64,000 nt of DNA from an uncultured Gammaproteobacteria bacterium (GTDB lineage: Bacteria > Patescibacteriota > Microgenomatia > Levybacterales > UBA12049), in NCBI GenBank assembly GCA_964564035.1, contig CAZLZN010000004.1:10632-74631 (forward strand), read 5' to 3'. The position numbers and the translations under genes are program-made. Shown here piece after piece: positions 26,418 to 35,546 of the stretch. The notes beneath the pieces were generated by a model. It worked only from the letters and a program-made list of their open reading frames with translations. It ran no database searches and was not told the origin of the DNA. Within the stretch, counting starts at the first letter, position 1; the number at the start of each line of letters is the position of its first letter.

Positions 26418-27235
26418 AATATATTTGTTTTTTTATTATCCTCGCCTACTGTGATCACAATATTGGCTATGCCTTGTTTAGGCAATTTTTCGAGCTTGAA
26501 CTGCAGTAATTTAGCTATTTTGTTTAGAGTATAAGAATCTTCCTGATCATAATATGATATTTTCGAAACCGCGGATGTTTCCGGCGCAGTTTGAATTGAT
26601 ACTATATTGCCGCCCATATTTGTTAAAACTCTTTCAAGCCTCGCGCCGAGGCCTGTGACGCCAGCCGCGTTTATTATCTGCAAGCTTAAGTTTTCACTCG
26701 CGATCTTCTCATCCGGAAAAAGCAAGGCTATATTTTTATCTATATCCGAACGGCTGACATTTTTACCGATCTCCCGAATGTTAATTGTGCTTGATGGTAT
26801 TTTAGTTGAGTATAGCCATATCTGAAACATGTCATATGCTGTGATATTTTTTTTGCTTGTATGCAACTGCCAAAATACAGACTGAATTACGGCGGGCACA
26901 GGATCATCCAGATCGGGAAGCGAATCCGACATTATATAGCCGTCGGGAATTAAGCCTAACCGCGCGTTCATCTTATCAACCTGTATAAGAAAATCCGGCC
27001 TGATTTTCAATATAGACAGAGACGATGTTGAAGGTTCGAATGAAATTATTCCTTTTAATTTTCCTTCGTGAGCCATTGCCACTGTAAAGCGATTTTCGCC
27101 GTCGAAATTACTATTATTTATTACTGAAATTGCCCTAAATATAAAAGCGGTAATAATCAAAGACAAGACAAGCGCGAAGTAGACCAAAAGCATTTTCAGA
27201 CTTGTTCCTTCGCGGGTATTTTTTTTATTTTTCAT
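26414..27235 (-). CDS. membrane-anchored LytR_C domain protein
   Basis: N-terminal TM helix. The C-terminus LSLQIINAAGVTGLGARLERVLTNMGGNIVSIQTAPETSAVSKISYYD matches the LytR_C pattern. Confidence 0.65.
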   Translation of the reverse strand: MKNKKNTREGTSLKMLLVYFALVLSLIITAFIFRAISVINNSNFDGENRFTVAMAHEGKLKGIISFEPSTSSLSILKIRPDFLIQVDKMNARLGLIPDGYIMSDSLPDLDDPVPAVIQSVFWQLHTSKKNITAYDMFQIWLYSTKIPSSTINIREIGKNVSRSDIDKNIALLFPDEKIASENLSLQIINAAGVTGLGARLERVLTNMGGNIVSIQTAPETSAVSKISYYDQEDSYTLNKIAKLLQFKLEKLPKQGIANIVITVGEDNKKTNIF

Positions 27236-27986
27236 ATATCGCTTCCCATGGGTCAGTTAAAGAGCTCAACTCCGGCGGAAGAGGACTCTCAAATGTCATT
27301 TTAATGCCGCTGCGGGGGTGAAGCAGCGCAAGTTTGGCGGCATGAAGAAATACTCTTCCCAGTATTTTGCGGTCACTTCGCGCTGTTTTACGTCCGGCAT
27401 ATAAAAAATCCGAGAAAATCGGCCGGCCTATATATTTGAGATGAACTCTGATCTGATGCGTGCGGCCTGATTTGGGATACAGCTCAACTAGTGAATATTT
27501 TTCGTTTTTCTTGTCTTTAAATATTTTTAATACTTCGTAGTGGGTTATGGATTCCCGCCCGCCGGGTACTACACCGAACTGCATTCTGCTCCATTCCAGC
27601 CTGCCGACAGGAACATTGATCTCCCCTATTCTGGGCGCGATTTCACCATGTGAAAGCGCGATATATGTTTTTTCTATTATTCTTTCTTTGAACTGCCGCT
27701 GGAGTTCTAAAAAAGAAGCGGGATCTTTGGCCAAAACTAAAACGCCTGAGGTTTCTTTATCAATCCTATGCACTACTCCCCCTCTTTTAAAAAAGTCATT
27801 GCCGTATTCACCGACCGGCAAAGGCTTTTCATCCGCTGGATCCATTTTCAAATTTATCTTTTTTTCCGCCCAATCCTGAACTGTAATTTCATTTCTTGTC
27901 GTATCCGCCCTGTTAACCGTAATACCGGCAGGCTTATCGATAATCAAAATAAAATCGTCTTCAAAAATAATTTTGATATCATTCAT
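27225..27986 (-). CDS. RluA family pseudouridine synthase
   Basis: ..IIDKPAGITV.., ..HRIDKETSGVLVLAK.. (catalytic Asp) and ..GRTHQIRVHL... The start could instead be ATG 28013; ATG 27986 avoids overlap with the upstream gene. Confidence 0.9.
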   Translation of the reverse strand: MNDIKIIFEDDFILIIDKPAGITVNRADTTRNEITVQDWAEKKINLKMDPADEKPLPVGEYGNDFFKRGGVVHRIDKETSGVLVLAKDPASFLELQRQFKERIIEKTYIALSHGEIAPRIGEINVPVGRLEWSRMQFGVVPGGRESITHYEVLKIFKDKKNEKYSLVELYPKSGRTHQIRVHLKYIGRPIFSDFLYAGRKTARSDRKILGRVFLHAAKLALLHPRSGIKMTFESPLPPELSSLTDPWEAIYEK

Positions 27987-27987
27987 A

Positions 27988-28668
27988 TTAATTTGCTTTT
28001 CGCTTAATAGCATATTTGCGGTCTATGCGGATAATGATGATTATACCGGCGATCAGAATTAACAATAAAAGCAAATCTTCAAGGGATATAATAAATTTTT
28101 TGTCAACGATGCGCAGTATAACGACAGCAAGCAGGCTTGCCGATGAAAATAGTGTCATGAAAAAACTACTGACAGTCCCCTCTCTGAGCTTGTTTTTATT
28201 AATTCCGGGAAGAAGATATTTCCAAAATAAAAAGCCCGTAACCGTATAAAAAATCCCAAGTACTAAGAAAATATAAATAACCGGAGATTTTAAGAATATC
28301 GTGTTCAACAGGTACCATAAAGGCAGGGCAGATAGATACGAAATGCTGACATAATCAAACATCCTGCCAAGAGGATATTTTTTGTTTTTTCCAATAATAT
28401 AAAAAGAAAGAAAACTGCCGATAAAAAAGATCGTCAAGGAAAAAGATAATCCCGAATTATAACTAAAAGGAGAGGGTATTTTTATGCTGTCTAATAAAAA
28501 CGAAAACAAACCGGTCAGTATCAAGCCCATTAAAGTTCCTAAAAAAGAAAAATCGAAAACCTGTTCCATGGAAATATTTTTCCTGATCAAAATATAATCA
28601 TCTTTGCACAATAAATAAATCGTGAAAATAAATATAATAAAACAAATTATTCCAATAATTATTTGCAT
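27988..28668 (-). CDS. hypothetical polytopic membrane protein
   Basis: 226 aa, six or seven hydrophobic helices, no diagnostic motif. An Lgt-like role was considered but not supported. Confidence 0.55.
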   Translation of the reverse strand: MQIIIGIICFIIFIFTIYLLCKDDYILIRKNISMEQVFDFSFLGTLMGLILTGLFSFLLDSIKIPSPFSYNSGLSFSLTIFFIGSFLSFYIIGKNKKYPLGRMFDYVSISYLSALPLWYLLNTIFLKSPVIYIFLVLGIFYTVTGFLFWKYLLPGINKNKLREGTVSSFFMTLFSSASLLAVVILRIVDKKFIISLEDLLLLLILIAGIIIIIRIDRKYAIKRKAN

Positions 28669-28672
28669 ATTT

Positions 28673-29938
28673 TTATCTGAAGACTACTCTAAGTATACCA
28701 AGTGACAAAAGAAAAAAACCTATACCGGTAAGTACTGCACCTACTCCGATAATATCAGCCAAACCGCCTACAATTATTACGGGCAAGAGTGAAAGTACGC
28801 CCACAAAGGCATTGAGAAATCCGTAAACCTTGCCTCTGAATTCTTCATTAGTTTTTTCCTGTAAAATTGTATTTGCAGGTACAAATACCAAAGAATTGGA
28901 AACACCGAGTATGAACGCTACAAAAACAACGATATGTAAAATATCTATTTCCAGAATTCCCGGTAAATATTGATTCAGGGTTATAACAAAGTCCCTAGAG
29001 GCAACTTTGGAGCCATATGGAAGAAGAAGCATTGACGCTGAAGACAAAAAAATGCCGATTGTTATGAGTATATTTTTGGGATGATTTTGAAAATAATATA
29101 TTAACACAGCGGCACCTGCAACAGTACCAAGCGCAGCAGGGGCGACGAAAAGCAAAGGAAACTGCACAATCGGGATCTTGAGAACTGAGGCCGCGTATCC
29201 CGGCGCTATAGTCGCTACAACAAGGATCAAGGTCTGAGTCAAGGCGAGAAAAAATATTGACGTGAGGACATCTTTGGTTCTGGACATCAGTGACATTGTG
29301 TATTTTAGATCCTCAAAGATATTTGCTTCTTCAAATGCTTTTTCCAAATGGATATTTTTGGCGTATTTGAGTTTTATGAAGAAAATAAAAATTGAAGAAA
29401 TTACAAGCAAAACGGACAAAAGCATTACGGCGCCCATTGAGCCGAGAAGTATTATAAGCGGGCCGGCTAAAACATATGAAATGAGAATCGATCCGTATAT
29501 TGCCATGCCAAACAGCGCATTGGCCGAATACAGATTTTTTTTCTCGACAATCAACGGCAAAATCGGAAGCTCCGCGGGGATGAAAAATTGTGTAATAAAT
29601 GAAAATATAAACGATACCGTATAAAGAAAAAACAAATTATCAACATTAAATGCCAATATAATCAGCAACAAAGAGCGGGCTATATTTACGGTAATGAGTA
29701 CTTTTTTTTTATTCCATCTGTCAACGAATGCTCCGGCTATAATACCGAATATTATTGAGGGAACAGTTATGGTCAGCACCACCAGTGCATCGGCAGTATT
29801 CGATTTAGTTAGTTCAAAAACTATAAGTATGATGGTAAAGTTGAAAATGTGGGTTGCAATGAGAGTGAATATCTCGCCTATCCAAGCATATAGAAAGGAC
29901 CTTTCAGAAAGGGCGCTGAATAGATTATTGGTTTTCAT
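28673..29938 (-). CDS. MFS transporter
   Basis: 421 aa with ~12 TM helices. Has the loop motif ..GAFVDRWNKKKV.. typical of MFS loop 2-3. Confidence 0.8.
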   Translation of the reverse strand: MKTNNLFSALSERSFLYAWIGEIFTLIATHIFNFTIILIVFELTKSNTADALVVLTITVPSIIFGIIAGAFVDRWNKKKVLITVNIARSLLLIILAFNVDNLFFLYTVSFIFSFITQFFIPAELPILPLIVEKKNLYSANALFGMAIYGSILISYVLAGPLIILLGSMGAVMLLSVLLVISSIFIFFIKLKYAKNIHLEKAFEEANIFEDLKYTMSLMSRTKDVLTSIFFLALTQTLILVVATIAPGYAASVLKIPIVQFPLLFVAPAALGTVAGAAVLIYYFQNHPKNILITIGIFLSSASMLLLPYGSKVASRDFVITLNQYLPGILEIDILHIVVFVAFILGVSNSLVFVPANTILQEKTNEEFRGKVYGFLNAFVGVLSLLPVIIVGGLADIIGVGAVLTGIGFFLLSLGILRVVFR

Positions 29939-29953
29939 GTTGGAACTTACAAA

Positions 29954-30508
29954 TCAGGCTTTTTCGCAATAGGCCCCGGTCCTTGTGTCCACGCGGATTG
30001 ATTCTCCGGTGTCAATAAAAAGAGGCACTTTGGTTTTGATGCCGTTTTCAAGCATTGCCTCTTTGAAGACATTGGTAGCTGAATTGCCTTTGATACCCGG
30101 CGCGGTTTCGGCAACTTTGAAAACCATTTTGGGCGGCAGTAGAACGGATAGAGGCTCCCCTTCCATTATGCTAACAGTGAAGGTTTCGCCTTCTTTCAGA
30201 TATAAATAATCGGGAACTATTTTAAGCGGAATATTTACTTGCTCATACGTCTTTGGATCCATAAAATATACAAAATCTTCGTCACGATACAAATACTGCA
30301 TATCTTTTTTGTTCACCATTACTTCGTCAACGCGAGCACCGTTAATATAGCTTTTATCGATGATGGATCCTGATTTTACATTGCGGACTTTGACTTTGAT
30401 GTTTGCGCTGCCCCGGCCCATTTTAATATGTTCGTATGAAATTACCGTATAGTAACTGCCGTCTTCTTTGTATGTTGTTCCTGCTCTAAGCTCTGTAACT
30501 GAAATCAT
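29954..30508 (-). CDS. efp: elongation factor P
   Basis: MISVTELRAGTTY..YEHIKMGRGSANIKVKVRNVKSG.. The 184-aa three-domain EF-P layout. Confidence 0.95.
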   Translation of the reverse strand: MISVTELRAGTTYKEDGSYYTVISYEHIKMGRGSANIKVKVRNVKSGSIIDKSYINGARVDEVMVNKKDMQYLYRDEDFVYFMDPKTYEQVNIPLKIVPDYLYLKEGETFTVSIMEGEPLSVLLPPKMVFKVAETAPGIKGNSATNVFKEAMLENGIKTKVPLFIDTGESIRVDTRTGAYCEKA

Positions 30509-30515
30509 AAGATTA

Positions 30516-30543
30516 ATTTATCATTTGCCATTTGCCATTTGTT
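30516..30543. repeat. heptamer array atttatc atttgcc atttgcc atttgtt, directly upstream of the efp start
   Basis: Four 7-nt units in phase, starting 8 nt from the efp start codon (30508). Confidence 0.7.
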
Positions 30544-30638
30544 CTAAATTGGGCGAAGTAATTCAGGCAAATAAAATGAGTACGTTATATTTTAGCATTT
30601 TAGACAAAAATTTTAAATACCTCATCAATTGAAGATTT

Positions 30639-32156
30639 TTACTTCCTGAGGTAGTTCAGGAGCATGCGTACCCCGAAGCCTGTTGCGCCTTTGGGACTGA
30701 TGTCGCTTGCTTTGGATTGGAATGCTGATCCGGCGATGTCTAAATGAGCCCATGGCACATCTGACACAAACTCTTCTAAAAATAATGCTGCAGTTATCGT
30801 ACCGCCGTATCTGGTGTTTGGAATATTACAAATATCCGCGATGTCGCTTTTGTTCATTTTCTTATATTCTTCAACGAGCGGCAGTTCCCAGATTTTTTCT
30901 CCGGCTTCAAATGCTGAGGATTTGAGTTTGCGTGCCAAATCGGCATTGTTTGAAAATAACGCGCTTATATCCGGCCCCAGCGCAACCATAACTGCCCCGG
31001 TGAGAGTTGCGAGGTCTACAATTTCAGTTGCACCTTTCTGTACTGCATAACTGAGACTGTCAGCCAATGTTACCCTGCCTTCAGCATCGGTATCAAGAAT
31101 TTCAATCGTTTTACCGTTGAGGGCTTTTGCTACGTCGCCGGGAAGCGTCGAGTCTGCAGAGATCAAGTTCGGGGTGGCCGCAATCAAGCCTAACACATCA
31201 TGATCAGGTGCAATCTCCGAGATAACCGAAAATACCCCTAAGACAGCGGCAGCGCCTGCCATGTCCATTTTCATATCGATCATACTGCTTCCTGTTTTGA
31301 CATTTATGCCTCCGGAATCAAACGTAATCCCCTTGCCTACCAGCGCGATTTTCTTTTTTGATTTTTTATTTTCCGGAATATATTCAAGGTGGATAAACTT
31401 AGGCGGGATCTTGCTATGAGCGGCTTTGGCTATAGAAAAGAAAGCTCCCATCCCCATTTTGCGGACCTGTTCTATGTCCATGATTTTGCATATTATATGA
31501 TTTGGATTTTTTTTTGCTATATCAAGCGCAATATTTGCCAGGTACTCCGGAGTCGCTATAGCAGCTTGTTCATTTACCAGATCGCGTGCCAAAACTGCAG
31601 CCTTTGAATATAATTTCGCCTCTTTTATAGCGGATTCCATGACTTTCTTATCACCCTCCCCGCTATATGAGATAATTACCGACGCGAAATCACGTTCATT
31701 TTCGGTTTTTTTGTATTTGGCAAATTCGTATTTTCCGAGCATAAAACCTTCTGTGAACGCATGTATGATAGTTTTTAAATCGAATAACTTTTTGAAATCA
31801 TCGGGTATACTCAATGAAGCGGAATCAATTTTGTTTTTAAAATTTTGTGTAAATTTACCGGCCGCGCGTCTAAGAACATCTGCTGTGAAGTTAGATTTTT
31901 TTCCAAGACCGATCAATACAATACGTGAGTATAGGGTTTGTTTTGAGGTAATAATCGTCAGAATATCGCCTGTTTTTGCTTTGTATTTATCCAGTTCGCA
32001 AATTTTTGAGATCTGAGAATTAAGATCTGTATCAAGTTTTTTGAAATCTTCAAAATATGTAATTGTGCCGTTTTTGTCCGCACTTTCGAATACAAAAAGC
32101 AGAAGAGCGTCTGAGGAAATGTTGTCGATTTTATGGGAAGTTAATTCGAAATTCAT
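30639..32156 (-). CDS. pepA: leucyl aminopeptidase (M17)
   Basis: ..VGKGITFDSGG.., ..DTDAEGRVTLAD.. and ..GATGFGVR... Start set at MNFELTSHKI (32156). The ORF-track extension to 32375 runs antisense through the tRNA-Leu gene. Confidence 0.9.
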   Translation of the reverse strand: MNFELTSHKIDNISSDALLLFVFESADKNGTITYFEDFKKLDTDLNSQISKICELDKYKAKTGDILTIITSKQTLYSRIVLIGLGKKSNFTADVLRRAAGKFTQNFKNKIDSASLSIPDDFKKLFDLKTIIHAFTEGFMLGKYEFAKYKKTENERDFASVIISYSGEGDKKVMESAIKEAKLYSKAAVLARDLVNEQAAIATPEYLANIALDIAKKNPNHIICKIMDIEQVRKMGMGAFFSIAKAAHSKIPPKFIHLEYIPENKKSKKKIALVGKGITFDSGGINVKTGSSMIDMKMDMAGAAAVLGVFSVISEIAPDHDVLGLIAATPNLISADSTLPGDVAKALNGKTIEILDTDAEGRVTLADSLSYAVQKGATEIVDLATLTGAVMVALGPDISALFSNNADLARKLKSSAFEAGEKIWELPLVEEYKKMNKSDIADICNIPNTRYGGTITAALFLEEFVSDVPWAHLDIAGSAFQSKASDISPKGATGFGVRMLLNYLRK

Positions 32157-32231
32157 GGATTTTATTCTAGCATTTTCGGTGCTAAAAATAAAGATAAATG
32201 CTATAATAAATTGATTTTTTAAAAGATTTAG

Positions 32232-32316
32232 GCCGAGGTGGTGGAATGGCAGACACGAAGGTCTCAAAAACCTTTGAGGATTACACCTCGTGGGGGTTCG
32301 ACTCCCCCTCTCGGCA
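32232..32316 (+). tRNA. tRNA-Leu (anticodon CAA), class II with long variable arm
   Basis: Acceptor GCCGAGG/TCTCGGC. D arm GTG-GAATGGCAGA-CAC. Anticodon stem-loop AAGGT-CTCAAAA-ACCTT. Variable arm with GAGG..CCTC stem. T arm GGGGG-TTCGACT-CCCCC. Discriminator A. CCA is not encoded. Confidence 0.9.
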
Positions 32317-32358
32317 CAAATTGGGGAGGAGAAGTTTATCCTGAGCCAGGCCGAAGGA

Positions 32359-32375
32359 ACTCCCCCTCTCGGCAC
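32359..32375 (+). repeat. 17-nt exact duplicate of the tRNA-Leu 3' end (actccccctctcggcac)
   Basis: 32301-32317 (T-arm 3' half plus acceptor 3' strand) is repeated exactly at 32359-32375, abutting the stop codon of the convergent gene. Confidence 0.85.
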
Positions 32376-33938
32376 TCAGGTATTTGCTATCTCGTGGAAG
32401 TTAACTTTGTCGATCGCGACCCACGGGGCGTGGGTTATCTCATCTGATGCCCAGTTGATAGTCGGTTTTTGGTTGTCCGCAATACCTATAATATTTTTTG
32501 CCATTTGTCCTATATTGTCTTCAAGGCGCAGAGTATTCGGCAAGATCGGATCAGCTAATTTGCCATTTTTTATGGTGTAACACTCCGCAATAGCTGTACC
32601 TGTAATAATCCCTGAAGAGTATCCGCCTATCGGATAGGTGTACCATAATCTTCCGATAAAAATCCCGTCTTCGACTTTTTTCAGTAATTCTTCAGGCGAA
32701 TCGGGTTTGGGAGAGTCGATAACTAAATTAGTGGCATGAATTCCGACTGTTGCCGACGCGACTCTACCTCCTCCCCTCGCAAAACGAAACCCGTTGCGGG
32801 GATCGAGAGCTTGTCTAATCGCGTGCGGGTCCGCGCCCAATATTTGATGTGCACGATCATTTTTGCCTAATAATTTATTCAGAGTCCTGCTGTCCGAGAG
32901 GTAACCTACTAATTTGCCGCTATCTATAAGAAGCGTTTTGCCTGCAGGATAGCCTTCGCAGGTAATTTTTTTACTTCCCGCTCCACCGGGCAATGTAGAG
33001 TCATCATAAATTGTAAGTAATTTTGAAGCAACTTGCTTGCCGTATTTGCCGGTAAATAATGAAGCTCCGAGATCAAGCATTCCCAGATTTAAGTGCGGTG
33101 CGTATAAACTGCCAAATAGTTCTGTTACGGCCTGATGCCCGAACACTACTTTGTATTTTCCGCCTTTTATTCTTTGCCCGCCTATGCCGTTTATTGCCGA
33201 CAGCGAAGCCTGCTTACCATAGTCATAAGCCGAATAATCAACTCCCTGAAGTATTTGCGCCCCCCATGCTGAGCCTTTGGATTTTTCTTTTTCTAGCATG
33301 GCCGTTATAAAAGTCAGGACTATTTGGGTTTCATCATAATCAAGAATGCCGCTTGTTGTTGCCAAAGCCATGCGTTCTTTGATAATGAAATTGTCGCCAT
33401 TTAAAATAAACGCTATATCGCCCAAGTCGAGATTTTTTTGTTTCGCGTAAGCTTCAAGAGGTTCGATCGCGCCCTCTACAGTTTCCCAGCCTAGTTTTAC
33501 TATCAGCTCGGATTCTTCCTGGTGGCTTAAGTCGCGTTTGGGATTTTTAAGGGTGCTCTCCGGTGAAGGAGTATTTTTTTCGCTTTTGATATCATCGGGC
33601 TTGAGAAAACCGTTAAAATCTTTGTCTTCGACGGCGTCGCGCCTGGCTTTTTCTATAGCCCGTTTTACGGCATCTTTGGATAATTCATTGGCTTCGTGGC
33701 CCATGCCGAGCATTCTTTTACCGTCTTTCTCGAACCAAATTTCAACACTGACTCCGAAATCGGAATCCGACTTGGGCTCTTCCAACCCCGAGCAGGGCAA
33801 ATGAGTCATGTAAACGATCCTGCCGATTATACGCTCATTGGCTGAGGCATAAACAACGCCTTCCAAAATACCTTTTTCTTTTTTCAGGATCTCGAGACCT
33901 TCTTTTGTAATTTTTTTAAGTGTATTAATGTCTACCAT
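32376..33938 (-). CDS. TldD/PmbA family metallopeptidase (PmbA/TldE-like partner)
   Basis: 520 aa. Family-typical C-terminal region (..GRLWYTYPIGG..GIITGT..) without the HExxxH motif. Lies 4 nt downstream of the TldD-like gene. Confidence 0.8.
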   Translation of the reverse strand: MVDINTLKKITKEGLEILKKEKGILEGVVYASANERIIGRIVYMTHLPCSGLEEPKSDSDFGVSVEIWFEKDGKRMLGMGHEANELSKDAVKRAIEKARRDAVEDKDFNGFLKPDDIKSEKNTPSPESTLKNPKRDLSHQEESELIVKLGWETVEGAIEPLEAYAKQKNLDLGDIAFILNGDNFIIKERMALATTSGILDYDETQIVLTFITAMLEKEKSKGSAWGAQILQGVDYSAYDYGKQASLSAINGIGGQRIKGGKYKVVFGHQAVTELFGSLYAPHLNLGMLDLGASLFTGKYGKQVASKLLTIYDDSTLPGGAGSKKITCEGYPAGKTLLIDSGKLVGYLSDSRTLNKLLGKNDRAHQILGADPHAIRQALDPRNGFRFARGGGRVASATVGIHATNLVIDSPKPDSPEELLKKVEDGIFIGRLWYTYPIGGYSSGIITGTAIAECYTIKNGKLADPILPNTLRLEDNIGQMAKNIIGIADNQKPTINWASDEITHAPWVAIDKVNFHEIANT

Positions 33939-33942
33939 AAAT

Positions 33943-35508
33943 TTAGTTTCCGCGCGCTATTTTGGCAAGACCACGAGCGGTCGGGCCGCCGTTTCCTACC
34001 TGCTTGGACTGCATGGGCTGTCCTTTGCCGCAATTCGGGATCGGGAATATTTTGAAATCAGTCCCCAGTGCGTCAATTGACATAAAAAAGCTTTTTGAAT
34101 CGTTTGTTATCCTTCCGTTTCTGTAGACCTGCCCTAATTTTCCATTTTTAATTTCGTATATTAGTCTGGGTGCAATCTGGAAATTTTCTCTGGATTCTGA
34201 AATGGACGGGATCCTGTGGCCGACGGCATAGAAGCCGTTTTCAACTTCGGATATTATTTTGGATGGATTGCTTCTGCCCGGGGCAATTGCTGACACCGAC
34301 ATGCGGATTACAGGCACTACAGAGGCGTCGTTAGCTTTGTAGTGGCCATTGGGTTCAGCGCCATAAATTGATGCTGTTGCCCTGCTATTCATGAAATCCT
34401 GATAAACGCCGTCTTTGATATGATATACGCGTTTTGCCTTGGTGCCTTCGTCGTCGAACATATAATGGCCGTAACCGCCTTTGAGATTCGGGTCTGAAAA
34501 TGCTGTCAATATAGGAGAACCGACCATTTTGCCGACCATATTGTTCTGCATATCATTGAAAAACCAGGATCTTCCCGCGTAGCCGGTTTCCCATTTCAGC
34601 GCACGGTCAAGCTCCGAGGGGTGCCCGATAATTTCGTGAGCAAACAGAGCGACAAGGTCGGGGTCCAAAACTACCGTAACAGGTTTTTCCGTCGCGGGAG
34701 CTGGTTTGGCATTACAAAGCAAAACGGTTTCGTTGGCGATTTGCGCCGCGAAATCTTCAAACCGCAGACCGTGAGCATTTTGCCCCTGTGTCAGTGCCTC
34801 AAGCCCTAATTGATTGCCGGTATGATGGTAGAGGTCAACAGGCATATCGCCTTTGTCATTGGCAGACACGACAAATACAGTACCGCCGCTTGAGCAGTAC
34901 CACTGATCTATTATTGAACCTTCGGATGAAATAAATAAATTTCTACTTATTGATGTACTCATCGCCACCTCAACGCGCTTAATAAAAGAATGATAATTTT
35001 TGGCAGCAGCAGCCGATCGCATCGCATATGATGTTATTTGTTCAGGCGTTACCGTACGGGGATCAATCTTGAATTCGGGTTCAACTATTGTATTGTGGAT
35101 TTCGATCGGAGCCAGATCTACGCCATGAATTGGCTTACCGAACAATTTATAGCTGTTTTTAAATACGGATTTATATTTGGAATTGTAGATCGAACGTTCT
35201 CTCGCGATCTGAATAGCATCAATAAGTACATTTTGAAAATTTTTAAAATCAATAAGACCTAGCGGTTTGCCATAAAAACCTGATGCGGTTATCGAATCAC
35301 CCGCTATAACACGAACTCCGAGAGATAGCCCCCAGTCTTTGCTCGCCTGACGAGGGCTTTCGTCTTCGACATAAGCTCCGACTCCTTCTGTTGCCTCGAG
35401 TCTGATATCCAGGTATTTTACATGCGCGGCTTTTTTGGCGTCAGACACGATATTTACAGCATCTTGTTTAATATTGTCTAAATCTGTAACCTGAAGGGCG
35501 TTTTGCAT
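33943..35508 (-). CDS. tldD: TldD family metallopeptidase
   Basis: The HExxxH-type motif FAHEIIGHPSELDR and overall family pattern (..GGTVFVVS.., ..PNCGKGQP..). Confidence 0.85.
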   Translation of the reverse strand: MQNALQVTDLDNIKQDAVNIVSDAKKAAHVKYLDIRLEATEGVGAYVEDESPRQASKDWGLSLGVRVIAGDSITASGFYGKPLGLIDFKNFQNVLIDAIQIARERSIYNSKYKSVFKNSYKLFGKPIHGVDLAPIEIHNTIVEPEFKIDPRTVTPEQITSYAMRSAAAAKNYHSFIKRVEVAMSTSISRNLFISSEGSIIDQWYCSSGGTVFVVSANDKGDMPVDLYHHTGNQLGLEALTQGQNAHGLRFEDFAAQIANETVLLCNAKPAPATEKPVTVVLDPDLVALFAHEIIGHPSELDRALKWETGYAGRSWFFNDMQNNMVGKMVGSPILTAFSDPNLKGGYGHYMFDDEGTKAKRVYHIKDGVYQDFMNSRATASIYGAEPNGHYKANDASVVPVIRMSVSAIAPGRSNPSKIISEVENGFYAVGHRIPSISESRENFQIAPRLIYEIKNGKLGQVYRNGRITNDSKSFFMSIDALGTDFKIFPIPNCGKGQPMQSKQVGNGGPTARGLAKIARGN

Positions 35509-35546
35509 ATCTCTTTTTTATCACAGACGTAATTATTATACAATGA

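Noticed and set aside
27988-28668. Annotating the 226-aa membrane protein as prolipoprotein diacylglyceryl transferase (Lgt).
   Set aside because: The size and multi-TM layout are compatible. However, I could not find the conserved Lgt motifs (for example the GGRxG or GRxGN-type loops).
32157-32580. The 5' extension of the pepA ORF to 32375, plus ORFs 32238..32447 and 32290..32580.
   Set aside because: They run through or antisense to a well-formed tRNA-Leu gene and the PmbA-like gene. pepA has a sensible Met (MNFELTSHK) at 32156.
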